64,000 nt of DNA from Podarcis filfolensis (taxonomy: Eukaryota), in assembly GCA_964270895.1 (NCBI GenBank), contig OZ185453.1; one strand, written 5' to 3'. The notes beneath the pieces are model-generated. The model was not told where the DNA came from, did not search any database, and saw only the letters and a program-made list of their open reading frames with translations. Below are positions 1 through 11,686 of this stretch, piece by piece (position 1 is the stretch's first letter; every line of letters starts with the position of its first letter). Position numbers and translations under genes: made by a program.

Positions 1-1051
1 CTGTTAAAATGGAATACGCAGGATGGAACGGTTAAATCTGCAATGATTAAATGGGCACAAGATATTGGTCATAACATTATGTTTGCTGACTGGGAACAGT
101 TGTGGACCACCGGTATGAAATTCACGGCATGTAATGCCTTAAGAGAGAATATTATGAAAATGATATATAGGTGGTACATGACACCAGTCAAGCTTGCAAA
201 AATATATCACTTGCCTCATAACAAATGTTGGAAATGTAAAGAAAATGAAGGTACATTCTTATACCTTTGGTGGACGTGCCCAAAGATTAAGGCTTTCTGG
301 GAGATGATCTATAATGAAATGAAAAAGGTATTTAAATATACCTTCCTGAAGAAACCAGAGGCCTTTCTCCTGGGCATAGTCGGCCAATTGGTGCCAAAGA
401 AGGACATAACTTTCTTTATGTATGCAACAACAGCAGCAAGAATACTGATTGCAAAGTATTGGAAGACACAAGATCTACCCACCCTGGAAGAGTGGCAGAT
501 GAAGGTGATGGACTATATGGAACTGGCGGAAATGACTGGCAGAATCCGAGACCAGGGAGAAGAGTTGGTGGAAGAAGATTGGAAGAAATTTAAAGACTAT
601 CTACAGAAATATTGTAAAATTAATGAATGTTAAAATGATGATTGGATTGAATAGGGGGTATTAGCAACAAAGTTAATAAGAATATGCAAAAATGAATTGA
701 TAATGGATGAAAATATAGAGTTATAATATGTTAAGATATAGAGTTAAGATAAATGAAAGAGGGTAAGGATTTGCTGATTTGATTATCTAAATGGGAATAC
801 GAAAAGGGGAGGTGTGAGGAGGTCAAGGAAACAAGTTAATGAGCATAAAGTTATAAAAAATGGATTTGTTTTTAATTCTCTTTTACCTATTCGTTTTTTG
901 TATATTGTATTTTTATTTGTATTTTTTCTTTTTTATGTATTTTTTTAGGTTTTCTTTTTTATTATTTATTTTGTTCTTTTCATATGTTCTTTTTTGTATT
1001 TTGTAAACTGATGTTTTTGTAAAATTCCAATAAATATTATATGAAAAAAAA
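1..1051 (+). mobile_element. L1 (LINE-1) 3' end: ORF2 C-terminus (frame open 1-633), 3' UTR, AATAAA and short A-tail; lies in the CHRNA8 intron upstream of exon 6
   Basis: Translation RENIMKMIYRWYMTPVKLAKIY...CWKCKENEGTFLYLWWTCPKIKAFW is typical of the cysteine-rich C-terminus of non-mammalian L1 ORF2. Stop at 631-633, T-rich 3' UTR, AATAAA at 1029-1034, A-run at 1044-1051. Confidence 0.9.
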
Positions 1052-1700
1052 GGCTCTGTACTTGATAATTGCTTCAGCTGACTTGGAGGAGGCAAAAGGA
1101 GAAGGTCCTTTGAAGAGGATCTTAAGGTTCAGGTGGCATCTATGGGAGGAGGTACTCTTTAAGATAACCTGGCCAAAGTCTGTAATAGCATGAAGGAGTC
1201 TCTCCTCACAAAGCTGCCCATCTTGACATTTCCTACCTCCTAGTGAAGTGGGAAGCATGAAACATTACTACAATTAAGAACATCTGCTTAGCAGTATGGA
1301 TGACGACCACAACTAGCAATTCTGCTGTTGCTCTCCGTTTTGTTTGCGGTGGTTTGATACGCCACACAGCCCCTAAAGTAGATGCAATGCAGCTAAAGCA
1401 CCTGAGATCTGTTTCTTGGAGGCTTAAGCTCCATGCAGCTTAACTGTGAGGCGCCAGTTATTATTTTCAATCAGCTTTTTCATCAGATGATCCTCTGAAG
1501 ACCATGACTGAAACGCAGAATTATAGGCACCGTTTGTTAGCAGATCAATTTGGAATGCATTTCAAAGCTGTCTGCTCCCTTGAACTCTTGATAACAGGTG
1601 GATATGACTGCAATTTCATTCCCCTTCCTCTCTTGCCTTTAAGATCTCACTGCTTTCCCCCTTTAGAAACATTTACATGCCCGTTTCTAATTACTTACAG

Positions 1701-1868
1701 GCATCTTGAAGAGCACATGTTACATTGATGTCCGCTGGTTTCCTTTTGATGTGCAGAAATGCGATTTGAAGTTTGGCTCCTGGACACACAATGGCTGGCT
1801 GCTTGATCTGCAGATGCTCGAAGCTGATATTTCCAATTACATATCCAACGGAGAATGGGATTTAGTGG
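1701..1868 (+). CDS. CHRNA8: Nicotinic acetylcholine receptor alpha8, exon 6 (Cys-loop)
   Basis: Acceptor ttacttacAG|GC at 1699-1700; donor G|GTAAGT at 1869. The 168 bp encode (G)[55 protein letters not shown](G), containing the Cys-loop C-x13-C. Residues match recalled avian alpha8 better than alpha7. Confidence 0.92.
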
Positions 1869-2056
1869 GTAAGTTGGCTTTATTAAACGAACCTAAGACA
1901 AGTGAATCTAATCCAGTCTTCCCTAAACTTCTGTTAATGGAGGAACACTGTCTTCCCCCACTCCAAATTAAAATTGCAAGCAGGGGCATGCTTCACTCTG
2001 AGCATATGCTTAGCAACACTCAGCAGACATTCATGCCCTCTTTGTGTGTTGCTAAA

Positions 2057-2413
2057 GGGATGTGGGTGGCGCTGTGGGTTAAACCACAGAGCCTAGGACT
2101 TGCCGATCAGAAGGTCAGCGGTTCGAATCCCCGCGATGGGGTGAGCTCCCGTTGCTCAGTCCCTGCTCCTGTCAACCTAGCAGTTCAAAAGCACGTCAAA
2201 GTGCAAGTAGATAAATAGGTACCGCTCCAGTGGGAAGGTAAACGGCGTTTCCGTGCGCTGCTCTGGTTCTCCAGAAGCGGCTTAGTCACGCTGGCCACAT
2301 GACCCGGAAGCTGTATGCCGGCTCCCTCAGCCAGTAAAGCAAGATGAGCACCGCAACCCCAGAGTCGGTCACGACTGGACCTAATGGTCAGGGGTCCCTT
2401 TACCTTTACCTTT
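2057..2413 (+). mobile_element. Sauria SINE, full length (short-core subfamily)
   Basis: tRNA-derived head with A-box-like TGGCGCTGTGG and B box GGTTCGAATCC (2120-2130), the conserved body GTGCAAGTAGATAAATAGGTACC, and a (TACCTT)n tail. Confidence 0.9.
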
Positions 2414-4954
2414 TTACTCTGGGCATGCCTCTTATTTGGAACAGAGATACCAAAAGCACCCCAAAGTGGTTGCTCCAATAGCAAGAAGTGGAGGTGCATA
2501 CTGGCAGGAGTTCAGCCTACACTCGAGTAGGACCCTGGTAGAGACACATGCCCGACTGACATGTTCCCTCCTTCCTGGTCGATTGTTCGGGAGCTTCAAA
2601 AGCTTTCTTCTACCCGAACATCACAGCAACCGATGCCAACTGACACAGGTACACTTAGGGATCCGCAGAGTTTGCGCATGGCTTGCGTGACAGACCTCTG
2701 CAACTCAGTATTTTGACTAATCTACTTTATTTACATATGAACACACACGGAGCACTGCAACATGGCTCCCTCTCTCTCTAGCATTGGACAGCAAAGAGAA
2801 AAATAACAAAGGACAAAAGTCCCACTTCATGGAACACAGTAACACAAACATCCTGTTTCCATCACTTTCCACTCTGTGGAGTCAAAACATATACTGCCAT
2901 GTGAAAGACAACAACACAATGACTGCAATCATAGAGCAGGAATTCTAACACATACCTGATCTCCCATCCCCAATGGCGGCAAGGTCAGTGTGGTGAACAT
3001 CCGCCAGATGGGCTCTGCTGATGTGTTTGCGCTGCATCAGCCCCACCCCTCGCCCTCTGCCTCCCAGAAATCCGCAGCAGTGGACAGACTTCAGGCTTGT
3101 CTGATCTACGTTGTTTTCTTCTTTAACTAGACCACCAGCTGGAGCCAGGTGTAAAAAAACCATGACAGTTAGAATTAAAGAGCAGGGTGCCTCTGAATAC
3201 GTAGGAGATCTAAGCTGATCTCACAGTCCTCTTGCACAGAAGCAAACCTCCAGTTAGCCTTCTGATTTGGGGGTTTGGGGGAGAGTCATTTTGTTGCCGC
3301 TGATGTTGTACAACTGGGAGTCAGCAAACCTTGCTGATCTACTGCACATCACCAGGAGATCTACTGGTGCAACCCAACCCAGCTTCTACCCATCTCTAAA
3401 CCCTTCGTGGGGCGTGCCCTTGGAGGGGGGCAGGGACTGCTGCGGCCGGGTGCCTCGTGCACCACAGCCTCTCTCCACCTCCAGGTTTGGAGAGGTCTGG
3501 AAGCCCACATTCTGCAGAGCTACAAAGTGCTCGTGGGGAGCTGGGGGAGCCTGTTGGATGTCAAGGCCTAGTCAGGAAAGCTGCCAACAGCAGCAGCAGC
3601 ACACAGGGCATCCACTACAAAGGCCTTTTTTTCAGGGACAACAAAAGTCCAGAATGTTGTTCCTGCACTCATCATCAGTGCTGCTGCCACCAGCTCAGAT
3701 AAAGAAAGGAACATCTCATTTTATGAGATCTCTCTCCTGCCAAGGGAGTTTGAGCATTCGTCATTCTTTATTTTCACCTCGATGGCTGGCGTTTTGGGAA
3801 GGTGGCCTCCAAAACAGGGCAGCTTCTTCCAGCAGATGCTGTTTTAAAGGCACAGCGCTCTGAGCTTCCCCAGACCTGCCCTTTTAGGGCTTGTGCTCAG
3901 GCTGCCCAGCAAACCCAGCCAAGGCTTGCAAGACTCTCCAGGCATGCCCCTTTAAGGCTTTCTCGGCCAATCCACAGCCCCGCCGAAAATGAACCAACGT
4001 TTTCAAGAAAGGTGCCAGGGAATCTATGGAAAACAGAAGTAACATCTGTTGTATGCTAAAACAAAAACAAAAAAAGGTATAAATCATTTCAGCTCCGCTG
4101 TGCTGTTAAACAGCTTGAAAAGTGCAAGCCATCACACTGGACATTATAATAACCATTGATTGTTGCTTGAATCTGATGGAGAGCTTAGAGAATGGGCAAT
4201 TACATGTTATAGTCCTATAATGACATTTGCCAGAGGAGGGATGGATGCTGTATTTCTTATGACAGTTCTTTGGAAATGTTGACGATTATCATATGGCATG
4301 TTTTTCACCAAATTCCAACCCCACCCCCGCCCTAGGCTGGATAATAGATTTGTATGGATTTTTCAGTATGTGTACAAAATGAAATGCATAGAGAGTTGCA
4401 TTAGCCCCAGGAGAGAGCTAAATATCTATCGGCAGGCTTTGCTTTCTCACCTTATTTCCCGAGATGCTAAGAATTATTACGTCCTCAAGAGTTATTGAGA
4501 ATAAGTAGAGAAGAGGCATTAAGGCAAAGCTAGAGGGCAAAGCCTTCAAAGTCATCCAAACAATTTGGACAACCGACATTCCTGTAATAGAGGAAGGATG
4601 CCTGGAGGAGCAAATTTAAATGGGATTCAGGCAAGCCCTGATCTCTCAGCTGCAACCATCTGCCATATGGGAAAGTAGCTAGCTGGGATCTGGGGATTGT
4701 TTGCTCATGCTCTGGCCATGAACACTGCAGAAGTCTGCCTGCATTGGCTAGTGCCAGTGACGTCAATTGCTTTTGAGTTGGCAACCATGTTGGCACCTAA
4801 GAGAAGTGATTGCAAAGCCAGGGCTACAGACAGGCAATTGGCAGGAGGGAGGGTATGTTAGGGAATTCCCAGTGAGAGCTGCTTCTATGATGTCATTTCC
4901 CTCTGCTTATGTCTCTAAGGCCTAGTGGCTTCAGCCATGGCTATAGCCACAATA

Positions 4955-5195
4955 CAGTGGAACCTTGGTTCTCGAATGGCTTACTTGACAAACTAATTGG
5001 CTCCTGAATGCTGAAAACCCGGAAGTAAGTGTTCCGGTTTTTGAAAATTTTCTGGAAGCTGAACGTCCGATGTGGCTGTTAGCTTTTGTTTCTGGGGCAC
5101 CTGCGACAATCGGAAGCCATGCCTTGTTTTTGGAACGTTTTGGAAGTCGAACGGACTTCCAGAATGGATTACGTTCGAGAACCAAGGTACCACTG
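4955..5195. mobile_element. Tc1/mariner-type MITE, second family
   Basis: TIRs CAGTGGAACCTTGGTTCTCGAA...TTCGAGAACCAAGGTACCACTG; TA TSD. Confidence 0.8.
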
Positions 5196-5530
5196 TAATT
5201 CTGATTTGCTGCCTGGGCAGAAAGCATGCTTTATCAGTTCATACCACAGCTATGGTTGGCAAAGCATGACTTGGTGTGACATCTGGATTGAGCCCAATTA
5301 GAAACATATGCAGCTGCCTTACACTGAGTCCTTGTAGGTCAGTATTCTCTACATGGACTGGCAGTGGTTCCCCAGATTTTCAGACCTGGAGTCTTTCCTT
5401 GGAGACACCTGGTACCTTCTGCATGCAAAACAGATGTTTTGCTGATGAGCTGTGACCCTACTGCATGGCCTACATTATTGGAAAATGAGAGTGGGGATTG
5501 AGGAGCCAGACCATAGACCTACTAACATAG

Positions 5531-5797
<267 letters not shown>

Positions 5798-6253
5798 TGA
5801 GAATTTAGAGCTACTCCACACATTGACAGAAGTGGGACACAGAGGTGGTAGGATTCTAGAGTGTACCGCTTTAGACTGCAGGCATTCATAGTTTTGAAGC
5901 GTTACCATGTTTGTTTGGATTTTAAAACATCCCTAGCATCTGAGAGGAAAGTTTAGCACAATCACCTGCCTGGTGTGCTAGGTTTTTTTACATGCGGGGG
6001 AGCATTCGAAAATATGGGCACCCCAGCTTTATAGCTGATGGTGGCTCGGCTTTAAATTCCTACCACCTCAGTTTACCTCCCCAAGACTTGTTCTTGTGCT
6101 GCCTGAGAAGTGTGGAAACCACTGAGAAACTGCATGGGAAGGGTCCTTCTCATGCCAGTGTCACCCTCTCAGAACTAGGCTGGCTAGTTATGCATCGCCA
6201 CAACAAGAGGACACCAATTTGTTTATCAGCCGCATGTGGTTATAGGTATATAT

Positions 6254-6389
6254 CAGGCATGGGCAAACTCCGGCCCTCCAGATGTTTGGGGCTACAATTC
6301 CCATCACCCCTAGCTAACAGGACCAGCGGTCAGGGATGATGGGAATTGTAGTCCCAAACATCTGGAGGGCCAGAGTTTGCCTATGCCTG
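6254..6389. mobile_element. hAT-type hairpin MITE
   Basis: TIRs caggcatgggcaaact...agtttgcctatgcctg; near-palindromic body; 8-bp flanks gtatatat/gtatattt. Confidence 0.8.
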
Positions 6390-6422
6390 GTATATTTACA
6401 CATAAATCGCTATGGTTTAATC

Positions 6423-6559
6423 CAGGGTTTCCCAGACTTGGGTCTCCAGCTGTTGTTAGACTACAACTCCCATCATCCCTAGCTAGCAGGACCAGTGGTC
6501 AAGGATGATGGGAATTGTAGTCCAAAAACAGCTGGAGGACCCAAGTTTGGGAAACTCTG
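6423..6559. mobile_element. hAT-type hairpin MITE
   Basis: TIRs cagggtttcccagacttggg...cccaagtttgggaaactctg; same core (ctacaactcccatc...gatgatgggaattgtagt); 8-bp flanks match 6/8. Confidence 0.75.
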
Positions 6560-7036
6560 GTTGAAACAGAAGGACAACACATGTCACCATAGTGGGGAAG
6601 GCAACAGTTGACTTGTGCGCCTACCCGGTCTGCTGTGTAGGTGTGCCCAACTGTTGATGGGCAACTTCAAGATCCCTGATCTACGTTTTTTAAATAGTTC
6701 CTCATCTTTAAACAAGACATGGACTGGACAGCCCTCAAGTAGATGCCTTCAAATAGAAGCGCCTCAAAATAGAAGACTGTCTTCTGTTAAGTATGACATG
6801 TGGCTGACCTACTCAAAAGTAAGGAAAATGCAGGTTAAGAAAGGAGCCAGGATGACACTGGCAGAATGGGCATTGCATGTACTGCAATGTGTGAAACAGC
6901 TGTAGTTCTGCTGGACCTAGCAACATATATTTCTCTGCACCCTTGATTTATTAGGGTCTCCCGAGTTGACGTTCTGAGATCAATATGTAATGTTTAATTG
7001 CATGCCTAATCAAAGGAACACGCTCACTGTTCATAA

Positions 7037-7279
<243 letters not shown>

Positions 7280-7679
7280 TGAGTTCTCCAGCTGAAACGA
7301 ATGAGACTTGAAAACGTCTTCACTTTATTTAGCGCATGAAGGAGGGAGGAGGGAGCCATTACGGTTTGGGGGGGCTACACACACCCCAGATCGCTTGTCA
7401 CGTCTTCTGTAAATAGCGGTTCTCCTGGCTGCTCATGAAGGGGGGAAATGCCTGAAGGTGAGAAGGCTGTGTGAAGGGGGGAAAGAAGGAAGATGGGGCT
7501 GTCAGTGGGGCAGAAGTGAGTGCAATAGACAAGTGGGTAACCTTGAAAATAAATGGGGTGAAGGCGATGACGAGTAATGTTTGTTAGCACCATTTTATTA
7601 GTCTTTGTGAGAATATTTGTTCATGGCAAACCTCATCCTTTCCTGCAGTGCTTGTAGGACCCTCATACCTATGGGACCA

Positions 7680-7742
7680 CCTCTCCCAGTATGCCCCACG
7701 CCTCTCCCAGTATGCCCCACGCCTCTCCCAGTATGCCCCACG
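7680..7742 (+). repeat. Perfect 21-bp tandem triplication
   Basis: (cctctcccagtatgccccacg)x3. Confidence 0.95.
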
Positions 7743-7914
7743 GAGGACCTTAAGGTCCATAAATAGCAACACCCTAGAGTTCCCGGGCCCTAAGGAAGTC
7801 AGATTAGGGAAGCTTTTAATGTTTGATGTATTACAGTATTTTAATATTTTGTTGGAAGCTGCCCAGAGTGGCTGGGGAGGCCCAGCCAGATGGGCGGGGT
7901 ATAAATAATAAATA

Positions 7915-7960
<46 letters not shown>
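7915..7960. repeat. (ATT)n microsatellite
   Basis: Seen directly; forms a LINE tail. Confidence 0.95.
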
Positions 7961-7961
<1 letters not shown>

Positions 7962-9924
7962 CATCATCATCAACCAGAGCCAGGGCCTTTTCAACACTGG
8001 CTCCAGCCTGGTGGAACTCTCTGTCTCATGAGACCAGGGCCCTGCAGGATCTGATTTCTTTCCGCAGGGTCTGTAAGACAGAGTTGTTCCACCTAGCCTT
8101 TGGCTTGGAATCAATTTGATTCCCTCCCCCTCTTTCTTTTTTCCTTTCTCCTCCTGTGATGGAACTCCTATTTGGGGACTTCCCTGTCTTTTTTCTGGCC
8201 CATGTAGGACCAGTTTGGATAGTTAGCCTTGGTGAAAACTTGATGTTTTCATCCCCAAAAAAGTTTTTGATTTGAGTTTCCACTGAAATGAGGCTGCATT
8301 TTAATGTTTTAATGTTGTATTTTAATATTGTTTTTTAAGTTGTATTTCAATCAATTTGTTTTTATATCGGGTGTTAGCTGCCCTGAGCCCAGTCTTGGCT
8401 GAAGAGGGCAGGGTATAAATAATTATTTTTTATTTTTTATTTTTTATTCTAAGGTTAAGTTTTCACCCACTTGGTCAGTTCTGGAAAAACTGTTACACAG
8501 AATGGTAACTTGAATGTTGAAACCAGTACTTCAGACGGAGACTTCAGAGCATTGCTGAAGTTGCAATGCTGTGTTTCCTGGGAGGGTGTCTCTGGAGAAA
8601 AATAAGAATTTTATTATTTATATGCCACACATCTGACTGGGTTGCCCCAGCCACTCTGGGGGGCTTCTGCCAACATGTAAAAACACACAAATACTGTAGA
8701 TTGGACCAGAGAGGGAGGTCTAATATTGGAGCTTCCCTCTCCCATCTGCCACAGCAGCTCCTCTGAAGTTTTGGTTCAGATGATGTTGGCGCTCTGGTGG
8801 TAGAAGAGTCATAAAGGGGATGTTCTGGAGCATTATGGAAAGTGGCTTGGATCTGAAGGATCCTAAGCCATCCCAATCCCCTCACACATACACCCAAATT
8901 GGGGAGATATTTAGACAAACTCCTGAATGTGACTAAGTATTTTCCCTCCCCCCTTTTTCCAATGGAAGATTTAATCCCTTTTATATTCATGATTAAGTTT
9001 TCAGTACCTTTGCCAGCAAACATCTCTGAAGTGAAGGGTGGGAATAACTTCATGATATCTGGCTGCCTTGATATAGTGCATATGAAGGACATAGCTGTCA
9101 ACGTTTTCCTTTTTTTAAGGGAAATTCCCTTATTCCGAATAGGATTCCTCGCAAGAAAAGGGAAAAGTTGACAGCTATGATGAAGGATGCTTTTGTCTCT
9201 AAGGCTAACATTACAGGTTCCTTTCCTCTTTCTCTTCTTCCTCTTCCTCTTCTTCCTTATTTCTCTTCCTGTGTTTTTTTCCTTCTCCGTTAATTATTAA
9301 TTATTGTATTATTAAAACCGTACAGCACCCAACAGAGGTTTCATTAACTGAGAATATGTACAGTAATTCTCCCAGTGTTATTTTTCTTAAGGACACATCT
9401 CTGCAAAGTTCATTGCAATTTCCGCTTCTCTGTAAAAAGCCACGTTAATTCAGATTAATTTGTGCATTCTGTCCACTGCAAACGCTTTCCTCAACTGCCT
9501 TGTAGGGTGCAATGGCTCATTATATTTCCTGTGGTGTGTAAAAACCTTTGCTGCCACTAACAGATTTTTTTAATAAGGCTCTTATGTTTACATATAGCAG
9601 GGTGCAGTTTTTTAACCAACCGAACTGCAAAAAGGATCAAGTCTTATCTTAACCGCTCTCATTATAAAGCCAGTTATACTTCTGCCCCACACGTTTCCAC
9701 CAAAGACCATTTACATCAAATAAGAATTAAATTAGCATTTCCCCCCAAATCCCCAGCAGTTAGAATTCTTTCTTGTAATTTCTTTGTGGTGTGAGATATC
9801 ATAGGCTGGTTGGGATATAACAGAACTACAGTGAGCCTTGGGCTCACATGCAAACTCTTCTCCTCTGGCCTGACCACAAGGAGGCGTTTGGAAATTCTCA
9901 CATTTTAGCTTGACTTGCCATGTA

Positions 9925-10184
9925 CCGTATTTTTTGCTCTATAAGACTCACTTTTTCCCTCCTAAAAAGTAAGGGGAAATGTGTGTGCGTCTTATGGAGC
10001 GAATGCAGGCTGTGCAGCTTTCCCAGAAGCCAGAACAGCAAGAGGGATTGCTGCTTTCACTGCACAGCGATCCCTTTTGCTGTTCTGGCTTCTGAGATTC
10101 AGAATATTTTTTTTCTTGTTTTCCTCCTCCCAAAACTAGGTGCGTCTTGTGGTCTGGTGCGTCTTATAGAGCGAAAAATACGGG
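9925..10184 (+). mobile_element. TA-flanked non-autonomous DNA transposon, short form (CCGTATTTT termini)
   Basis: TIRs ccgtattttttgctctataagac...gtcttatagagcgaaaaatacgg; both ends match the large element at 31636-33171. Confidence 0.8.
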
Positions 10185-11153
10185 TAATTTGAATTTGAGA
10201 TTTCAGAAGATGAAATCTCAGTTTAACAAGCCACTATATAAACAAGTGTCACACACCCACACGAACTGTTTTGCTTCTCCTTTCATAGAAGCGGGGAAAT
10301 AAACAGGGAAACCACAGTGAACCATAGCTCCCTATTATGTTTGAACTGAAGAACCATGATAGATGGCTTCCAAACTATCTAGGATAATCAGTCAGTTTTA
10401 AATCATGGCTTTATATCCTAGCTTACTTAGAAGCTACTAACCGTAGTTTCCCAGATCAGTAGAAACGGGAAGCTACAGTTAGCTGCAACCTCCTAGCTGC
10501 ATGAGAGTTATTCATGTCCTAATTTATAATTAAGCCAAGATTTGATCATCCAAACATAGCCATAATGTGTTTAACCTTAGCTATGCTTAGCTGAAATAAG
10601 TCAACTTCAAACCATGGTTTCTGAGGCTAGCTTTTTTCAAGTTAAGATTAACCACAGTTTATGGTTTAGACACTGCATGCTGAATCTAAAACAGAAGTGG
10701 AAACTTCTAATTTCCTTGTGCTCAGTGGAGTGGAAGCGCAGCCTGCAAGCCAGATTCCCCGAGGCTCATTCTCATAATGCTAAACTATGGTTTACCATTG
10801 TGTCCAAATGCAGTCCATCTGTATAAAATTTTCTTTGAATTCAAAGATAATGAAAATGGTTAAATCAAATCATGTACACATTCCCGAAGTATTTTCACTT
10901 TCATTTTTAAAACATCTTTTTCTCTTCCAAAAGAAACTTACTATATAATTGGACTCTTTTTCACAGCACTGGTAAGTGAAACAGAATGGAAGGAGGTGAA
11001 GAAATGGGGAGAGCCCCATCTCAATGATTCTGAACCTCTTGGAATTAATTCAGAACTATCCAAAAAAGCATTTGGAAATTTCTGAAAAGTGGATTGTGTA
11101 GAAGAACTCAGTACATCTCAAATCAACAGGAATTCACTAGAGTATACACAATA

Positions 11154-11379
11154 CAGTGGTACCTCGGGTTAAGTACTTAATTCGTTCCGGAGGTCTGTTC
11201 TTAACCTGAAACTGTTCTTAACCTGAAGCACCACTTTAGCTAATGGGGCCTCCTGCTGCTGCTGCGCCACTGGAGCATGATTTCTGTTCTCATCCTGAAG
11301 CAAAGTTCTTAACCAGAGGTACTATTTCTGGGTTAGCGGAGTCTGTAACCTGAAGCGTATGTAACCCAAGGTACCACTG
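11154..11379 (+). mobile_element. Tc1/mariner-type MITE (about 225-bp family)
   Basis: TIRs CAGTGGTACCTCGGGTT...AACCCAAGGTACCACTG, with TA on both sides. Confidence 0.85.
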
Positions 11380-11435
11380 TAAGGCAATATTGAAGAAATT
11401 TAAATATCCACTGTGAAGTGAACTGGCTTCTAACA

Positions 11436-11686
11436 CAGTAGTACCTTGGTTGCTGAACGCCTTGGAACTCATACATTTCAGCTCCCGAATGACCGAAAAC
11501 TAGAACTGAGTGTTCCGGTTTTCGAATGATTTTCGGAAGCCAAACGTCCAACACGGCTTCCATGGCTTCCGGTTGGCTGTAGGACACTCCTGCAGCCAAT
11601 CGGAAGCCGCGTCTTGGTTTTCGAACAGTTCCAGGAGTCAAATGGAGTCCTGGAATGCATTCTGTTTGAGAACCAAAGTTCGACTG
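11436..11686. mobile_element. Tc1/mariner-type MITE, second family (diverged)
   Basis: Degenerate TIRs cagtagtaccttggtt...aaccaaagttcgactg; body similar to 4955-5195 (gtgttccggtttt...gaagcc...ttttcgaac). Confidence 0.7.

Larger units (their letters stand above)
7655..7971 (+). mobile_element. L2-type LINE 3' fragment with (ATT)n tail
   Basis: YLWDHLSQYAP..RTLRS..LEFPGPKEVRL resembles the L2 ORF2 end. The terminal motif gttggaagctgcccagagtggctgggg...gggcggggtataaat recurs at about 8630, 24150, 26890 (all -) and 48430 (+). Confidence 0.65.

Noticed and set aside
1869-2218. Extension of ORF 1706-2218 beyond the Cys-loop exon
   Set aside because: Read-through past the GTAAGT donor into intron and Sauria SINE sequence; no receptor homology.
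3267-3863. 198-aa + strand ORF and overlapping 81-aa Cys-rich ORF
   Set aside because: No recognisable domain, non-ATG or weak start, intronic position and no supporting splice structure on +; treated as noise.
7584-8114. 176-aa ORF with a poly-Ile run
   Set aside because: Produced by the (ATT)n microsatellite and an antisense L2 remnant.
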